DNA of 35,831 nucleotides from an uncultured Coriobacteriaceae bacterium (GCA_964582445.1 CAZOSR010000002.1:1-35831), one strand, 5' to 3'; numbered from the stretch's first letter, positions 27,318-35,831 are shown. Notes: generated from the letters alone by a model not told the origin. Translations and numbers: made by a program.

Positions 27318-28469
27318 TCACGTAGCCTGCACCCTTCCGGCTCGCTGTGCGAGTCCCCCGGGCATTCCAAGCAGCCACGCGAAGACACGGGTGCGCCCGG
27401 CCAGCATGACGACAGCGTTGCATGCTACGACCACCGCCGCAGTGAGAGCGACGTTGAACCATGGTTGCGCCCACAGATGCGTCATGCCCGCTCTATCGAG
27501 CATCTGGATGACCGCCCAGATCGCCACCGGATGGATGATGTAGACGCCGAGAGCGGCGGCACCGAGCGTCCGGCTGGCAGACGCCAGCCGGGGCGCCGCA
27601 CGCCCGAGCACGTCCAGCATGCAAGCCAACCCGATCAGCGTCAGCCCGAGATAGGTGAACTCGTTGATGCGCTGCAGCCAGACCTGTTGCACCCACAGCG
27701 GGCCACGGTCATACCAGCGACCGAACAAGCCGAGCGCGAGCAGGAACGGCCACGCCCGCGCGAAGAAGGTCGCATACCTCGTGCGGATCGCACCGAACAG
27801 TCCGCCAGCAGCGGCTGACGGGAGCAGCCACATCGTGGACAGGAAGAACCGGTAGAGCGTGCCACTCTGACCCGACTCGGGCACGGGTACCACGATCGTG
27901 GCGAACAGCCCAATGGCGTACAGCACGGCGAACGTGATCCACGGTCTGGCTCGAAAGAGACGCGAGATCACCGGCGCGAACACGTAGAAGAGAAGCACGA
28001 TCGGCAGGAAGTACATGTGGAACGATGCGCGGCCAAGTACGAGCAGACGCACGACGTCGAGGAGATACTCCCCCATCGGCAACGAGGGACGCAGATCGGT
28101 GGGCGTGTAGTAGCCGAACCAGATGTAAAACGCCGACCAGGCGAGATAGGGATACAGCACCACCGATGCCCGGCGCCTGAAGAAGGCGATCAGCTCAGCC
28201 CGCGTGCGGATGGGGCGGTAGTTCCACACGAGCACGCCGGTGAGGAACGAGAACGCCGGTGTGGCGAACCAGATGAAGGTGTACGTCGTATACACCCAGG
28301 GTGCCATCCCCGTGGCGTCTCCGCGCGATCCTGCGCCGGCAGCAAGGACGTGGATGCCCACAACCGCCACCGCTGCCATGGCGCGCAGCAGATCATAGCC
28401 CGCTACTCGTGTGCCGGCAGATGTCACCGTGGAGGCAGCCGCCGACGAGCCTCCTTCAGGGCATGACAC
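27318..28469 (-). CDS. Acyltransferase family 3 membrane protein (O-acetyltransferase-like)
   Basis: DLLRAMAAVAVVGIH, FATPAFSFLTG, FFRRR..YPYLAWS, HMYFL, GVYIIHP, about 10 TM helices. Start uncertain (28469 chosen by RBS; 28517 and 28544 possible). Confidence 0.85.
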   Translation of the reverse strand: MSCPEGGSSAAASTVTSAGTRVAGYDLLRAMAAVAVVGIHVLAAGAGSRGDATGMAPWVYTTYTFIWFATPAFSFLTGVLVWNYRPIRTRAELIAFFRRRASVVLYPYLAWSAFYIWFGYYTPTDLRPSLPMGEYLLDVVRLLVLGRASFHMYFLPIVLLFYVFAPVISRLFRARPWITFAVLYAIGLFATIVVPVPESGQSGTLYRFFLSTMWLLPSAAAGGLFGAIRTRYATFFARAWPFLLALGLFGRWYDRGPLWVQQVWLQRINEFTYLGLTLIGLACMLDVLGRAAPRLASASRTLGAAALGVYIIHPVAIWAVIQMLDRAGMTHLWAQPWFNVALTAAVVVACNAVVMLAGRTRVFAWLLGMPGGLAQRAGRVQAT

Positions 28470-28636
28470 GAACGACCTCTTCCTTCCCGGGAGACGGGTC
28501 TGACAAGTCGGGTGCATCACCGCGACACCGTCCGACGCGAACACCCGAGGTACTCATGGTAGCGCAGTGTGGACATCCAACCGGCGCTTCCGTCGATTCG
28601 GGATCCACCGGCACCGCACGAGGTCCCGGGCATGGA

Positions 28637-28662
28637 ACGGGGCACCCGTGCGGGTGCCCCGT
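28637..28662 (-). terminator. Strong GC hairpin downstream of heliorhodopsin, a probable intrinsic terminator
   Basis: Perfect inverted repeat ACGGGGCACCCG-TG-CGGGTGCCCCGT, 23 nt after the stop. The U-tract is weak. Confidence 0.6.
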
Positions 28663-28685
28663 CGAATCCGAGTCGCACGTCAGCG

Positions 28686-29447
28686 CTACTGCGGGATGAG
28701 GACGTTTGCAAAGACGAGCCACGCCAGCAGTGACTTGGCAGCTAGGCTCAAGAACACGTAGGCCGACTCGCCGAAGATGTAGTCCTTCCACTTCCCTACC
28801 TGCTTGTACTGCAGCACCTGGTTGACAGCGAAGCTGTTGAAGAACACGAACATCGAGGCGAAGATCCAGTACACGAAGCCCGGCGTCATATCGCTCGCCC
28901 CAGGACCCCAGAGATAGTCGGCGATCGCCAGCCACGGGAAGATCCCCGCGATGCAGCCGAAGATGAACGCGGTCCAGTCGGGCTTTCCAGGCTGCTCGTA
29001 CTTCTCCATCAGCCAGCCGAACAGGATCATCGACATGTTTGCACCGAAGATGCCGATCATCGCTGCGATATCGGTGATAGAGACGAGCGCGGCGATCAAC
29101 ACGACCATGAGCGACGAGCTGAACGCGTACTCCATCCAACGGAAGTAGTTGCGGTTCTGCTTGAGGCCGTCGACGTACTTCGCGTACGCGGGTCCGGCTA
29201 TGATGAAATGCGCGGCCGCCGAGAAGAACAGGAAGAGCGCGACGCCCAGGCCGAGGTCGAACGTGAAGTACGGCTGTGGATCACCGTACACGAGCGGACC
29301 GGGGCGCTGGTTCAGCCATGAGGCCGTCACCTGGATGTCATAGGGTTCGCGGAGCGCCACGATGGCGGCTCCTTGTAGCAGGTGGAACAAGCCCATCACC
29401 ACGTTGTAGATCCTGAGCCTTGTGAACCTCGAGTCGTCCGTTGCCAT
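28686..29447 (-). CDS. Heliorhodopsin
   Basis: 7-TM, 253 aa. LRIYNVVMGLFHLLQ (His23 equivalent), AAHF (His80 equivalent), NYFRWMEYAFSSSLM (counterion Glu in RWxEY), MILFGWLME, GKWKDY..GE.AY..LSLAAKSLLAW (retinal-binding Lys). Confidence 0.96.
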   Translation of the reverse strand: MATDDSRFTRLRIYNVVMGLFHLLQGAAIVALREPYDIQVTASWLNQRPGPLVYGDPQPYFTFDLGLGVALFLFFSAAAHFIIAGPAYAKYVDGLKQNRNYFRWMEYAFSSSLMVVLIAALVSITDIAAMIGIFGANMSMILFGWLMEKYEQPGKPDWTAFIFGCIAGIFPWLAIADYLWGPGASDMTPGFVYWIFASMFVFFNSFAVNQVLQYKQVGKWKDYIFGESAYVFLSLAAKSLLAWLVFANVLIPQ

Positions 29448-29497
29448 GCAGACCCCTCTCGTCGTGGTGCACTGACCCGGCGAATACCGGGGGATTC

Positions 29498-29998
29498 CTA
29501 CGCCGGTGGTGCCGTACCCATCGAGCGTACGAGTCGCTCAAGGAAGCGCGCGATCACAGCGGCATCAGCGCTGTCACACCCGCAAAGCGCGGCGGTCACC
29601 GCGTCCCCCATCGGCTGGAAGTACTCGATGGCGCTCAGTACCGCCGAGGGTGTGGGCGTGAGGATCACACATCGCCGGTCCTCCGTACTGCGGCTGCGCT
29701 CGATATGGCCGGCGCACTCGAGCCGGGCTATGAGTGCGGATGTGGCCGACGAACTCAGGCCGATGGACGCGGCAAGCTCCCCGGCGGTCATTGCCGAACC
29801 GTTCCGCTGAGCCTGGCCGAGGGCAGCCATGGCCCGAGCATCCGTCGTGTGGATCCCCTGCGCGGATGCCCACGCGTCGGTGGAGCGAAGCGCTTCGCTC
29901 ACGTACGCGCAGAGCAGTCCCACGATCGCGGTACGGTCCGCAGCGCCCCCTGCGAGACGCGCGCTCGAATCCGGGTATGTGCTGGTAGGTGTACTCAT
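29498..29998 (-). CDS. MarR-family transcriptional regulator
   Basis: GIHTTD..MTAGELAASIGLSSSATSALIARLE.AGHIERSRSTEDRR winged HTH. ATG at 29998 is probably leaderless. Confidence 0.9.
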   Translation of the reverse strand: MSTPTSTYPDSSARLAGGAADRTAIVGLLCAYVSEALRSTDAWASAQGIHTTDARAMAALGQAQRNGSAMTAGELAASIGLSSSATSALIARLECAGHIERSRSTEDRRCVILTPTPSAVLSAIEYFQPMGDAVTAALCGCDSADAAVIARFLERLVRSMGTAPPA

Positions 29999-30005
29999 GC
30001 ATACG

Positions 30006-30028
30006 ATAGTATCTCCATGATGGAAGTA
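30006..30028. promoter_or_regulatory. marR -10 element (TACTAT, minus strand) overlapped by an imperfect palindrome, a candidate MarR operator
   Basis: TATCTCCAT-G-ATGGAAGTA (30010-30028; 7 of 9 arm positions complementary) in the 82-nt divergent intergenic region. TACTAT (30006-30011) lies 7 nt before the marR ATG. Confidence 0.6.
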
Positions 30029-30080
30029 ATTCCAGAGAGCCGGACTCTTCGCCTGGCCACCGAACAGGAAGGACCGCCCG

Positions 30081-30950
30081 ATGAAGGACGCCTCCAAGCT
30101 CGGTATAACCGCCCTCGTGCTCCTGCTCGGTATCGGCATCGCCTGGGCAGGCTCGCAGGGCGGGACCACGGTGGGCTCACTCCCCGCATTCGCCCTGATC
30201 GTGGGAATCGCCTTTCTGATCCAGATCGTCGTGTTCATTCCCTCCTTCGTGGCCCAGACCGAGCACTTCTACGACCTCACGGGGAGCCTCACGTACATCT
30301 CGATGACCATCCTTGCGGCAGTGCTCAGTTCTCCGCTCGATGCCCGCTCGGCCCTTCTTATCGGCCTCATCATGGTGTGGGCGGCCCGCCTCGGGACGTT
30401 CCTCTTCCGCCGGGTGCGCAAGAGCGGCAAAGACAGCCGCTTCGATGAACTGAAGCCCTCCTTCGTGAAGTTCCTCAACGTCTGGGTCATCCAGGGACTG
30501 TGGGTCACGCTCACGGCTGGCGCCGCCTGGACCGCCATCACTTCGGAAGCTTGTGCGCCATTCGATGCATTGACCATCGCCGGGATCGTCGTGTGGATGC
30601 TCGGCTTCGGCATTGAGGCGATCGCCGACCTCCAGAAGAACCGTTTCCGTGCCGCACCTGAGAACAAGGGCCGTTTCATCAACACCGGTCTGTGGTCGTG
30701 GTCGCGTCACCCCAACTACTTCGGTGAGATCACGCTATGGCTCGGCGTGGCACTGATCGCACTTCCCGCGCTCTCGGGCTGGCAACTGGTCACGCTCATC
30801 TCCCCCGTGTTCGTGTTCGTGCTCATCACGCGCGTCAGCGGCGTGCCCCTCCTGGAGAGGTACGCCGACAAGACGTGGGGCGGACAGGACGACTACGAGG
30901 CCTACAAGGCACGGACGTCGGTGCTCGTACCACTCCCACCCAGGAGATAG
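30081..30950 (+). CDS. DUF1295-family membrane protein (steroid 5-alpha-reductase / ICMT-like)
   Basis: FYDLTGS, WAARLG.FLF.R..GKDSRF, E.IADLQK..F, FINTGLWSWSRHPNYFGE, SGVPLLE, Y..YK.RTS..P.PP. Confidence 0.92.
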   Translation: MKDASKLGITALVLLLGIGIAWAGSQGGTTVGSLPAFALIVGIAFLIQIVVFIPSFVAQTEHFYDLTGSLTYISMTILAAVLSSPLDARSALLIGLIMVWAARLGTFLFRRVRKSGKDSRFDELKPSFVKFLNVWVIQGLWVTLTAGAAWTAITSEACAPFDALTIAGIVVWMLGFGIEAIADLQKNRFRAAPENKGRFINTGLWSWSRHPNYFGEITLWLGVALIALPALSGWQLVTLISPVFVFVLITRVSGVPLLERYADKTWGGQDDYEAYKARTSVLVPLPPRR

Positions 30951-30954
30951 CGCG

Positions 30955-30981
30955 GGTTTCCGTGTTCAGGCCGCCGGGCAT
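30955..30981 (+). promoter_or_regulatory. Candidate SigB/SigF-type stress promoter (GGTTT-N16-GGGCAT)
   Basis: Near match to the mycobacterial SigF-type consensus GGWWT-N16/17-GGGTAY, 43 nt before the small stress-protein ATG. Confidence 0.5.
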
Positions 30982-31024
30982 ACACGGTGCATGAGCTCAC
31001 GTGCATCCTGAGAGGAGCAGCGTC

Positions 31025-31270
31025 ATGCCCAATCGTGGGTTCCTGGACAAGTTCAAGGACACGCTCGGCGGTGCGCTCGGCGACGTGAGCGACAAGGCCA
31101 AGGACCTGGCCGAGGGCGCGGCCGACAAGATCGACAAGGCCACCGAAGCGAGCGGCAGCGCAGTCAAGCAGGCTGGCGACATGATCGGCTCCGGCAAGGA
31201 GAAGATCGGTGATGCAGCCGCCGATCTGGCGGACAAGATATCCGGTGGTGGCGGTGGTGGCGCCGGCTAG
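31025..31270 (+). CDS. Small hydrophilic LEA/CsbD-like protein
   Basis: GAGGAG RBS. GFLDKFKD followed by A/D/K/G-rich amphipathic repeats (DKAKDLAEGAADKIDKA), poly-Gly tail. Confidence 0.7.
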   Translation: MPNRGFLDKFKDTLGGALGDVSDKAKDLAEGAADKIDKATEASGSAVKQAGDMIGSGKEKIGDAAADLADKISGGGGGGAG

Positions 31271-31402
31271 GAGTCATGTCCTCACCCATGCCGCCCTGCC
31301 GCGGCTGGACATGAGGAGTGTGATAGGGTTGAAGAACGGATCCACCCGGGGGGACCCAGGGAAGCCGGGTGGTGTGCCGTCTCTGTGTCCCCGGAACTCA
31401 CG

Positions 31403-33616
31403 ATGGAACGCCTGATCCTTGTCTCAAACCGCCTACCTGTGGGCGTTGAACGCGATGACGAGCGAGGTATCGTCTTCAAGCCGAGTGTTGGCGGTCTTAC
31501 AACGGGTCTCAGCGCCTTTCACGCCTCGCATGAGAGCCGGTGGGTAGGCTGGGCGGACTGGGACCTCGATGGCCTGAACCAGGCCGACGTGGCCGAGATG
31601 AACCGGGTGCTCGGCCAGGAGCACGGCTGCACGCCGGTCTTCCTCGAACCGGAGGAGGCAGCGGGCTTCTACGAGGGCTTCTGCAACTCCACGATCTGGC
31701 CGCTCTTCCATCATTTCACGCAGTATGCGGAGTTCGACCCCGACACGTGGGAATGCTACGTGCGCACCAATCGTGCGTTCTGCGAGGCCGTCCTCGAAGT
31801 AGCCCGGCCAGATGACATCATCTGGATCCAGGACTACCAGCTCATGCTGCTTCCGGCGATGATCAGGGAACGTCTTCCTGATGCGCGCATCGGATGGTTC
31901 TTGCATATTCCGTTCCCGAGTTTCGAGATCTTCCGCATGCTGCCGTGGCGGCGAGAGGTGCTCGAGGGTCTACTCGGCGCCGATCTCGTGGGTTTCCATA
32001 CATACGACTACGCACAGCACTTCCTCAACAGTTGCCGACGGCTGCTGGGCGTGGATGAGGCGCTTGGCCGCATCGTCGTAGACAACCGGGTCGTGCTCAC
32101 CGACGCGTTTCCGATGGGAATAGACTACGAGCGCTACCGCGATGCCGCACGATCGCCGGCGACACGCGCGGAGGCCGAGAGCATCGGCGCAAACACGGGT
32201 GAACGCAGACTCGTGCTCTCGATCGATCGGCTCGACTACTCCAAGGGCATCCCGGACCGTTTGCGGGCGTTCGATGCGTTCCTCGACCGGTACCCGGAGT
32301 GGTGCGAACGCGTGACACTGATGTGCGTGGCGGTGCCTTCGCGCGAGAACGTGGAGACCTACCGGCAACTCAAGACCGAAGTCGACGAACTCATCGGCTC
32401 GATCAACGGCCGCTACGCGACCATGGGCTGGACGCCCGTGCTCTACCTTTACCGCTCGCTCCCGTTCGACATGCTCACCGGGATGTACGCAGCCGCCGAC
32501 GTGGCGCTCGTCACGCCGCTCCGTGACGGGATGAATCTCATCGCCAAGGAGTACCTCGCAGCACACGACGACAGGCCCGGAGTCCTCGTACTGTCCGAGA
32601 TGGCTGGCGCCGCACGCGAGCTCGGCGAGGCACTCCAGGTGAACCCGTTCGATCAGCAGCAAATCGTCGAAGCGCTTCATCAGGCGTTGACGATGGACGA
32701 GGACGAGGCGCGCGAGCGGAATGCGCTCATGCAGCCGCGTCTCAGACGGTACACGGTCATGAAGTGGGCCGACGAGTTCCTTGCCGCCCTGGACCGCGTG
32801 AAGGCGATGCAGGATGGGTTCACCGCCCGACTGCTGCACACCGCCCAGCGCACGCAGCTCGTGGCCGAGTACCGGAGAGCCTCTCAGCGCCTCATCCTGC
32901 TCGACTACGACGGCACGCTGATGCCGTTCGCACCCCGGCCAGAAGACGTTGCACCTGCTCCAGGAGTCCGCGCACTGATCTCGGCATTGGTTGCTGACGA
33001 TCGCAATGAGGTCGTCGTTGTCTCGGGACGCGACCGCGAGACACTGGAATCATGGCTCGGCGATCTAGGCGTGGACATCGTTGCGGAGCACGGCGTGTGG
33101 CTGCGGGGCAAGAGCGGTGAATGGCGAACCATCGCTCCGATGTCCGAGAGTTGGAAGCCACGCGTCGAGGCCCTGCTTGAGATGTATGTCGACCGTACCC
33201 CGGGATCGTTCATCGAGGAGAAGGACTTCTCGCTCGTCTGGCACTACCGGCAGGTCCCCCGGGAACTGGCCGAGACACGCGTGCTCGAGCTCAAGGATGC
33301 GCTGACCGGCGTGGTCAATGACTGGGGACTCGCCATGATGGATGGGAACAAGGTCCTCGAGGTCAAGGCGGCTGACGTGGACAAGGGCCGCGCGGCACAC
33401 CGGTGGATGTGCCGCGAAGACCTCGACTTCATCATCGCGATCGGTGACGACCGTACCGACGAGGACGTATTCCATGCCGCGCCGGACGGCGCATGGACCA
33501 TCAAGGTGGGGTCAGGACCGACACGTGCACGCAACTCCGTGCGCGGTGTTCCCGACGTACGTTCCCTGCTCGCCGAGATGGTAGGAATCGACCCCGGAGA
33601 GGATGACGGCCTGTGA
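31403..33616 (+). CDS. Bifunctional trehalose-6-phosphate synthase / phosphatase (OtsA-OtsB fusion)
   Basis: [44 protein letters not shown] (GT20), then HAD motifs [25 protein letters not shown]. Confidence 0.95.
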   Translation: MERLILVSNRLPVGVERDDERGIVFKPSVGGLTTGLSAFHASHESRWVGWADWDLDGLNQADVAEMNRVLGQEHGCTPVFLEPEEAAGFYEGFCNSTIWPLFHHFTQYAEFDPDTWECYVRTNRAFCEAVLEVARPDDIIWIQDYQLMLLPAMIRERLPDARIGWFLHIPFPSFEIFRMLPWRREVLEGLLGADLVGFHTYDYAQHFLNSCRRLLGVDEALGRIVVDNRVVLTDAFPMGIDYERYRDAARSPATRAEAESIGANTGERRLVLSIDRLDYSKGIPDRLRAFDAFLDRYPEWCERVTLMCVAVPSRENVETYRQLKTEVDELIGSINGRYATMGWTPVLYLYRSLPFDMLTGMYAAADVALVTPLRDGMNLIAKEYLAAHDDRPGVLVLSEMAGAARELGEALQVNPFDQQQIVEALHQALTMDEDEARERNALMQPRLRRYTVMKWADEFLAALDRVKAMQDGFTARLLHTAQRTQLVAEYRRASQRLILLDYDGTLMPFAPRPEDVAPAPGVRALISALVADDRNEVVVVSGRDRETLESWLGDLGVDIVAEHGVWLRGKSGEWRTIAPMSESWKPRVEALLEMYVDRTPGSFIEEKDFSLVWHYRQVPRELAETRVLELKDALTGVVNDWGLAMMDGNKVLEVKAADVDKGRAAHRWMCREDLDFIIAIGDDRTDEDVFHAAPDGAWTIKVGSGPTRARNSVRGVPDVRSLLAEMVGIDPGEDDGL

Positions 33617-34824
33617 AGCGACTCGAAGACTATCGGGGCATCGTCTCCGACGAGATCCTTGCGGACCTCCACCAGCGTGCCTCGAAGCTCTACGACAAGC
33701 ACGTGGTGCACATGAACTCCACTGCGCAAGGCGGTGGTGTGGCTGAGATGCTGTATGCGCTCGTGCCACTGATGAACGACGTTGGCGTGGACGCCGGGTG
33801 GCGCGTCTTGGTAGGCAGCGACGACTTCTTCGGCGTCACGAAGAAGTTCCACAACGGTCTGCAGGGGGACACGGTAAACCTCACCGGGAACAAGAAGCGC
33901 CTGTACGTCCAGGCGAACGAGAGCTTCTCCCAGTACAACCACATCTCGCGCCACGATGCGGTCATCATCCACGACCCTCAACCGTTGCCGATCATCCGCT
34001 TCTACAAGAAGCGGCAGCCGTGGATATGGCGCTGCCACATCGACCTTACTGCGCCGGACCCCGAGCTCTGGGAGTTTCTCAAAGGCTACATCATGCGGTA
34101 CGACCTCATGATCGTGAGCCACGAACAGTACAAGCGACCCGACCTCACTGTGGAACAGCGGGTCATCAACCCGGCGATCGATCCCCTCAACCAGAAGAAC
34201 GTGGTGCTGCCCGAGCGCACGATAGCGCGATACATGAAACGCCACCACATCCCGCTGGATAAGCCGCTCATCACGCAGGTCTCGCGTTTCGACAAGTGGA
34301 AGGACCCCGAAGGCGTCGTCGAAGTCTTCAAACGAGTGCGTGAGCGGGTGGACTGTCGGCTGGTGCTGGCCGGCAACATGGCGACCGACGATCCTGAGGG
34401 GCTTGCGATCTACGAGCGGGTGCGGAAGCGAGCAGGGGCTCTACTCAAGAGCGGCGACATCATCATCATGCTTGGCGCAAGCGATGTGGCGATCAATGCC
34501 CTACAACGCATGTCGAGCGTGGTCCTGCAGAAGTCCCTCCGCGAAGGGTTCGGGCTCACGGTGTCCGAGGCGATGTGGAAAGGGACACCCGTGGTAGCCG
34601 GAGCCGTTGGCGGCATACCACTGCAGATCGTAGACGGGGAAACGGGATTCCTGGTGGATCCGACGGATCTCGACCAGACGGCCGATCGCGTTGCCACGCT
34701 ACTTGAGGATACCCAGCTCGCCGCCAGCCTCGCCAGAAACGGCGTGGAGTTCGTGCGCGAGAACTTCCTGATCACACGCCTGCTTGGTCACTACCTTGAG
34801 CTTCTGGCTGAGCTTATTCGATAG
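33613..34824 (+). CDS. GT4 glycosyltransferase, TreT-like (glycosyl-transferring trehalose synthase family)
   Basis: HMNSTAQGGGVAEML, TKKFHNGLQG, IHDPQP, WRCHID, PAIDPL, QVSRFDKWKDP, QKSLREGFGLTVSEAMWK. GTGA overlap with the upstream gene. Confidence 0.9.
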   Translation: MKRLEDYRGIVSDEILADLHQRASKLYDKHVVHMNSTAQGGGVAEMLYALVPLMNDVGVDAGWRVLVGSDDFFGVTKKFHNGLQGDTVNLTGNKKRLYVQANESFSQYNHISRHDAVIIHDPQPLPIIRFYKKRQPWIWRCHIDLTAPDPELWEFLKGYIMRYDLMIVSHEQYKRPDLTVEQRVINPAIDPLNQKNVVLPERTIARYMKRHHIPLDKPLITQVSRFDKWKDPEGVVEVFKRVRERVDCRLVLAGNMATDDPEGLAIYERVRKRAGALLKSGDIIIMLGASDVAINALQRMSSVVLQKSLREGFGLTVSEAMWKGTPVVAGAVGGIPLQIVDGETGFLVDPTDLDQTADRVATLLEDTQLAASLARNGVEFVRENFLITRLLGHYLELLAELIR

Positions 34825-34936
34825 AGCCGGGTGCCTCGTGCTTTCAGGCATCACGCCCCTCGTTGCGCCAACAGCGTCCTTCGGGGACACGACACGGTCC
34901 CCGGGATGCCACAGCTGAAGCGAGTCCCGCGGACCG

Positions 34937-35413
34937 CTACGGGGTCTCAGGCGCGATGCCCAATGCCGCCGCTTCCTCGGCGGTCATGTCCGACGCGACG
35001 CCGGATTCAATGCGCGGCTCAGTCGTATAGACCCTCACGACCCCCTGCGAACGCCAGTCATCCGCACGCTTCGAGTCCACGACGACGAGCCAGTACTCCA
35101 TCTGCCCCTCTGTCTCTCCCCCAGCGTAGCCGGGCGCAGACTCCAGCTGTCTCGTGGCCGTAAGGGCGTACTCATCCCAATCGTGGAGCGGGACGTTGGC
35201 CTGTTCATCCTGATAGAGAAGGTATCCCTTCGCCACGGAGATCGCGACATCCTCGGTGACCTCGTTCTCGTAGCTAGGGGCCGTGCTGAGAAGCTCCGCG
35301 TAGAGATCCTCGTACAGCCACTCGCGGGAACCGCCCGGCCTCCCGCCAGAACATCCGAGCAACGAGATGCTCGACAGGATTGCCACGAGCACCAGCGCAC
35401 CAACCCGATGCAT
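34937..35413 (-). CDS. Putative lipoprotein of unknown function
   Basis: ATG after GGAGG. MHRVGALVLVAILSSISLLG|C lipobox, acidic soluble domain. Confidence 0.7.
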   Translation of the reverse strand: MHRVGALVLVAILSSISLLGCSGGRPGGSREWLYEDLYAELLSTAPSYENEVTEDVAISVAKGYLLYQDEQANVPLHDWDEYALTATRQLESAPGYAGGETEGQMEYWLVVVDSKRADDWRSQGVVRVYTTEPRIESGVASDMTAEEAAALGIAPETP

Positions 35414-35461
35414 CGCACATCCTCCCTCACTCCACCCTACCTGCGCTGCAGCCCCCACGCG

Positions 35462-35830
35462 CTACTCCTGCAGCTGCCCGCCGAGCGCCTCCTGGGCTTC
35501 TGCGAGATTCCCGCTACTACCGGTGAGCAGCCAGTTGGCTCCCTTGAGAACAATCGGGTCGTTGACGCCAGCGCCCGCTGCCGTCGATAGCCAGTTGGTC
35601 GCGTACGCATCCATCGTGGAGACGGCGTTCGGCGGGAAGACCAGGATCGTGCCGAAGCCATCACCGAAGTTGACTTCTCCGCTGCTGAACATCTCCATGC
35701 CAACCGGACCAGCGGCCGGCCCCTTGTCGATCAACGCCATGGCCGCAACTCCGCCTGCCAGCATGGCGTCGTAGACGGCCTGAGGATCCTCGTAGCTCTG
35801 CGCCGTCTTCGCCTCCGCATTGAGGTCATC
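35462..35830 (-). CDS. Hypothetical protein, C-terminal part (start lies outside the window)
   Basis: Open frame from the window edge (DDLNAEAKTAQSYEDPQAVYDAMLAGG...) to TAG at 35462. No family recognised. Confidence 0.65.
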   Translation of the reverse strand, partial: DDLNAEAKTAQSYEDPQAVYDAMLAGGVAAMALIDKGPAAGPVGMEMFSSGEVNFGDGFGTILVFPPNAVSTMDAYATNWLSTAAGAGVNDPIVLKGANWLLTGSSGNLAEAQEALGGQLQE

Positions 35831-35831
35831 A

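Noticed and set aside
27318-28685. Acyltransferase as part of the heliorhodopsin transcript
   Set aside because: A strong hairpin (28637-28662) and a separate -10 candidate (TACCAT, 28556-28561) lie between them.
1-35831. tRNA, rRNA, CRISPR array, transposase, integrase or prophage
   Set aside because: No such motifs or regularly spaced repeats were seen, and intergenic regions are all short.

Overview
GC-rich bacterial chromosomal segment. Gene content (GarA-like FHA + FtsR-like MerR, RsiG-like protein, split GcvP, IorA) suggests a deep-branching, probably anaerobic actinobacterium such as Coriobacteriia; this taxonomy is inference only. About 35 CDSs, mostly on the minus strand. In order: partial iorA; a divergent pair of coiled-coil peptidoglycan hydrolases (NlpC/P60 and RlpA-like); a tightly coupled run of RsiG-like c-di-GMP motif protein, 86-aa unknown, Zn-ribbon FHA, MerR, PD-(D/E)XK-like protein, hpt, K+ channel and apt; dacA-gcvT-gcvH-gcvPA-gcvPB-lipoate ligase; a type IV pilin plus a membrane protein with a degenerate GGDEF domain; ACT-paaK; VanW; NDP-sugar pyrophosphorylase/phosphomutase fusion; pgsA-like; corA; mltG; ABC-F; an acyltransferase; a heliorhodopsin-MarR/DUF1295 module; a small LEA/CsbD-like protein; fused trehalose-6-P synthase/phosphatase with a TreT-like glycosyltransferase; two unknown genes at the end. 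No rRNA, tRNA, CRISPR array or mobile element was seen. The best candidates for an undescribed system are (1) the heliorhodopsin + Cys-rich MarR + DUF1295 unit with a palindromic operator candidate, (2) the RsiG-like-to-hpt operon, and (3) the pilin + I-site-only GGDEF operon. All calls come from motif reading by eye, with no database searches. Many start codons were reassigned from the ORF track using RBS position.
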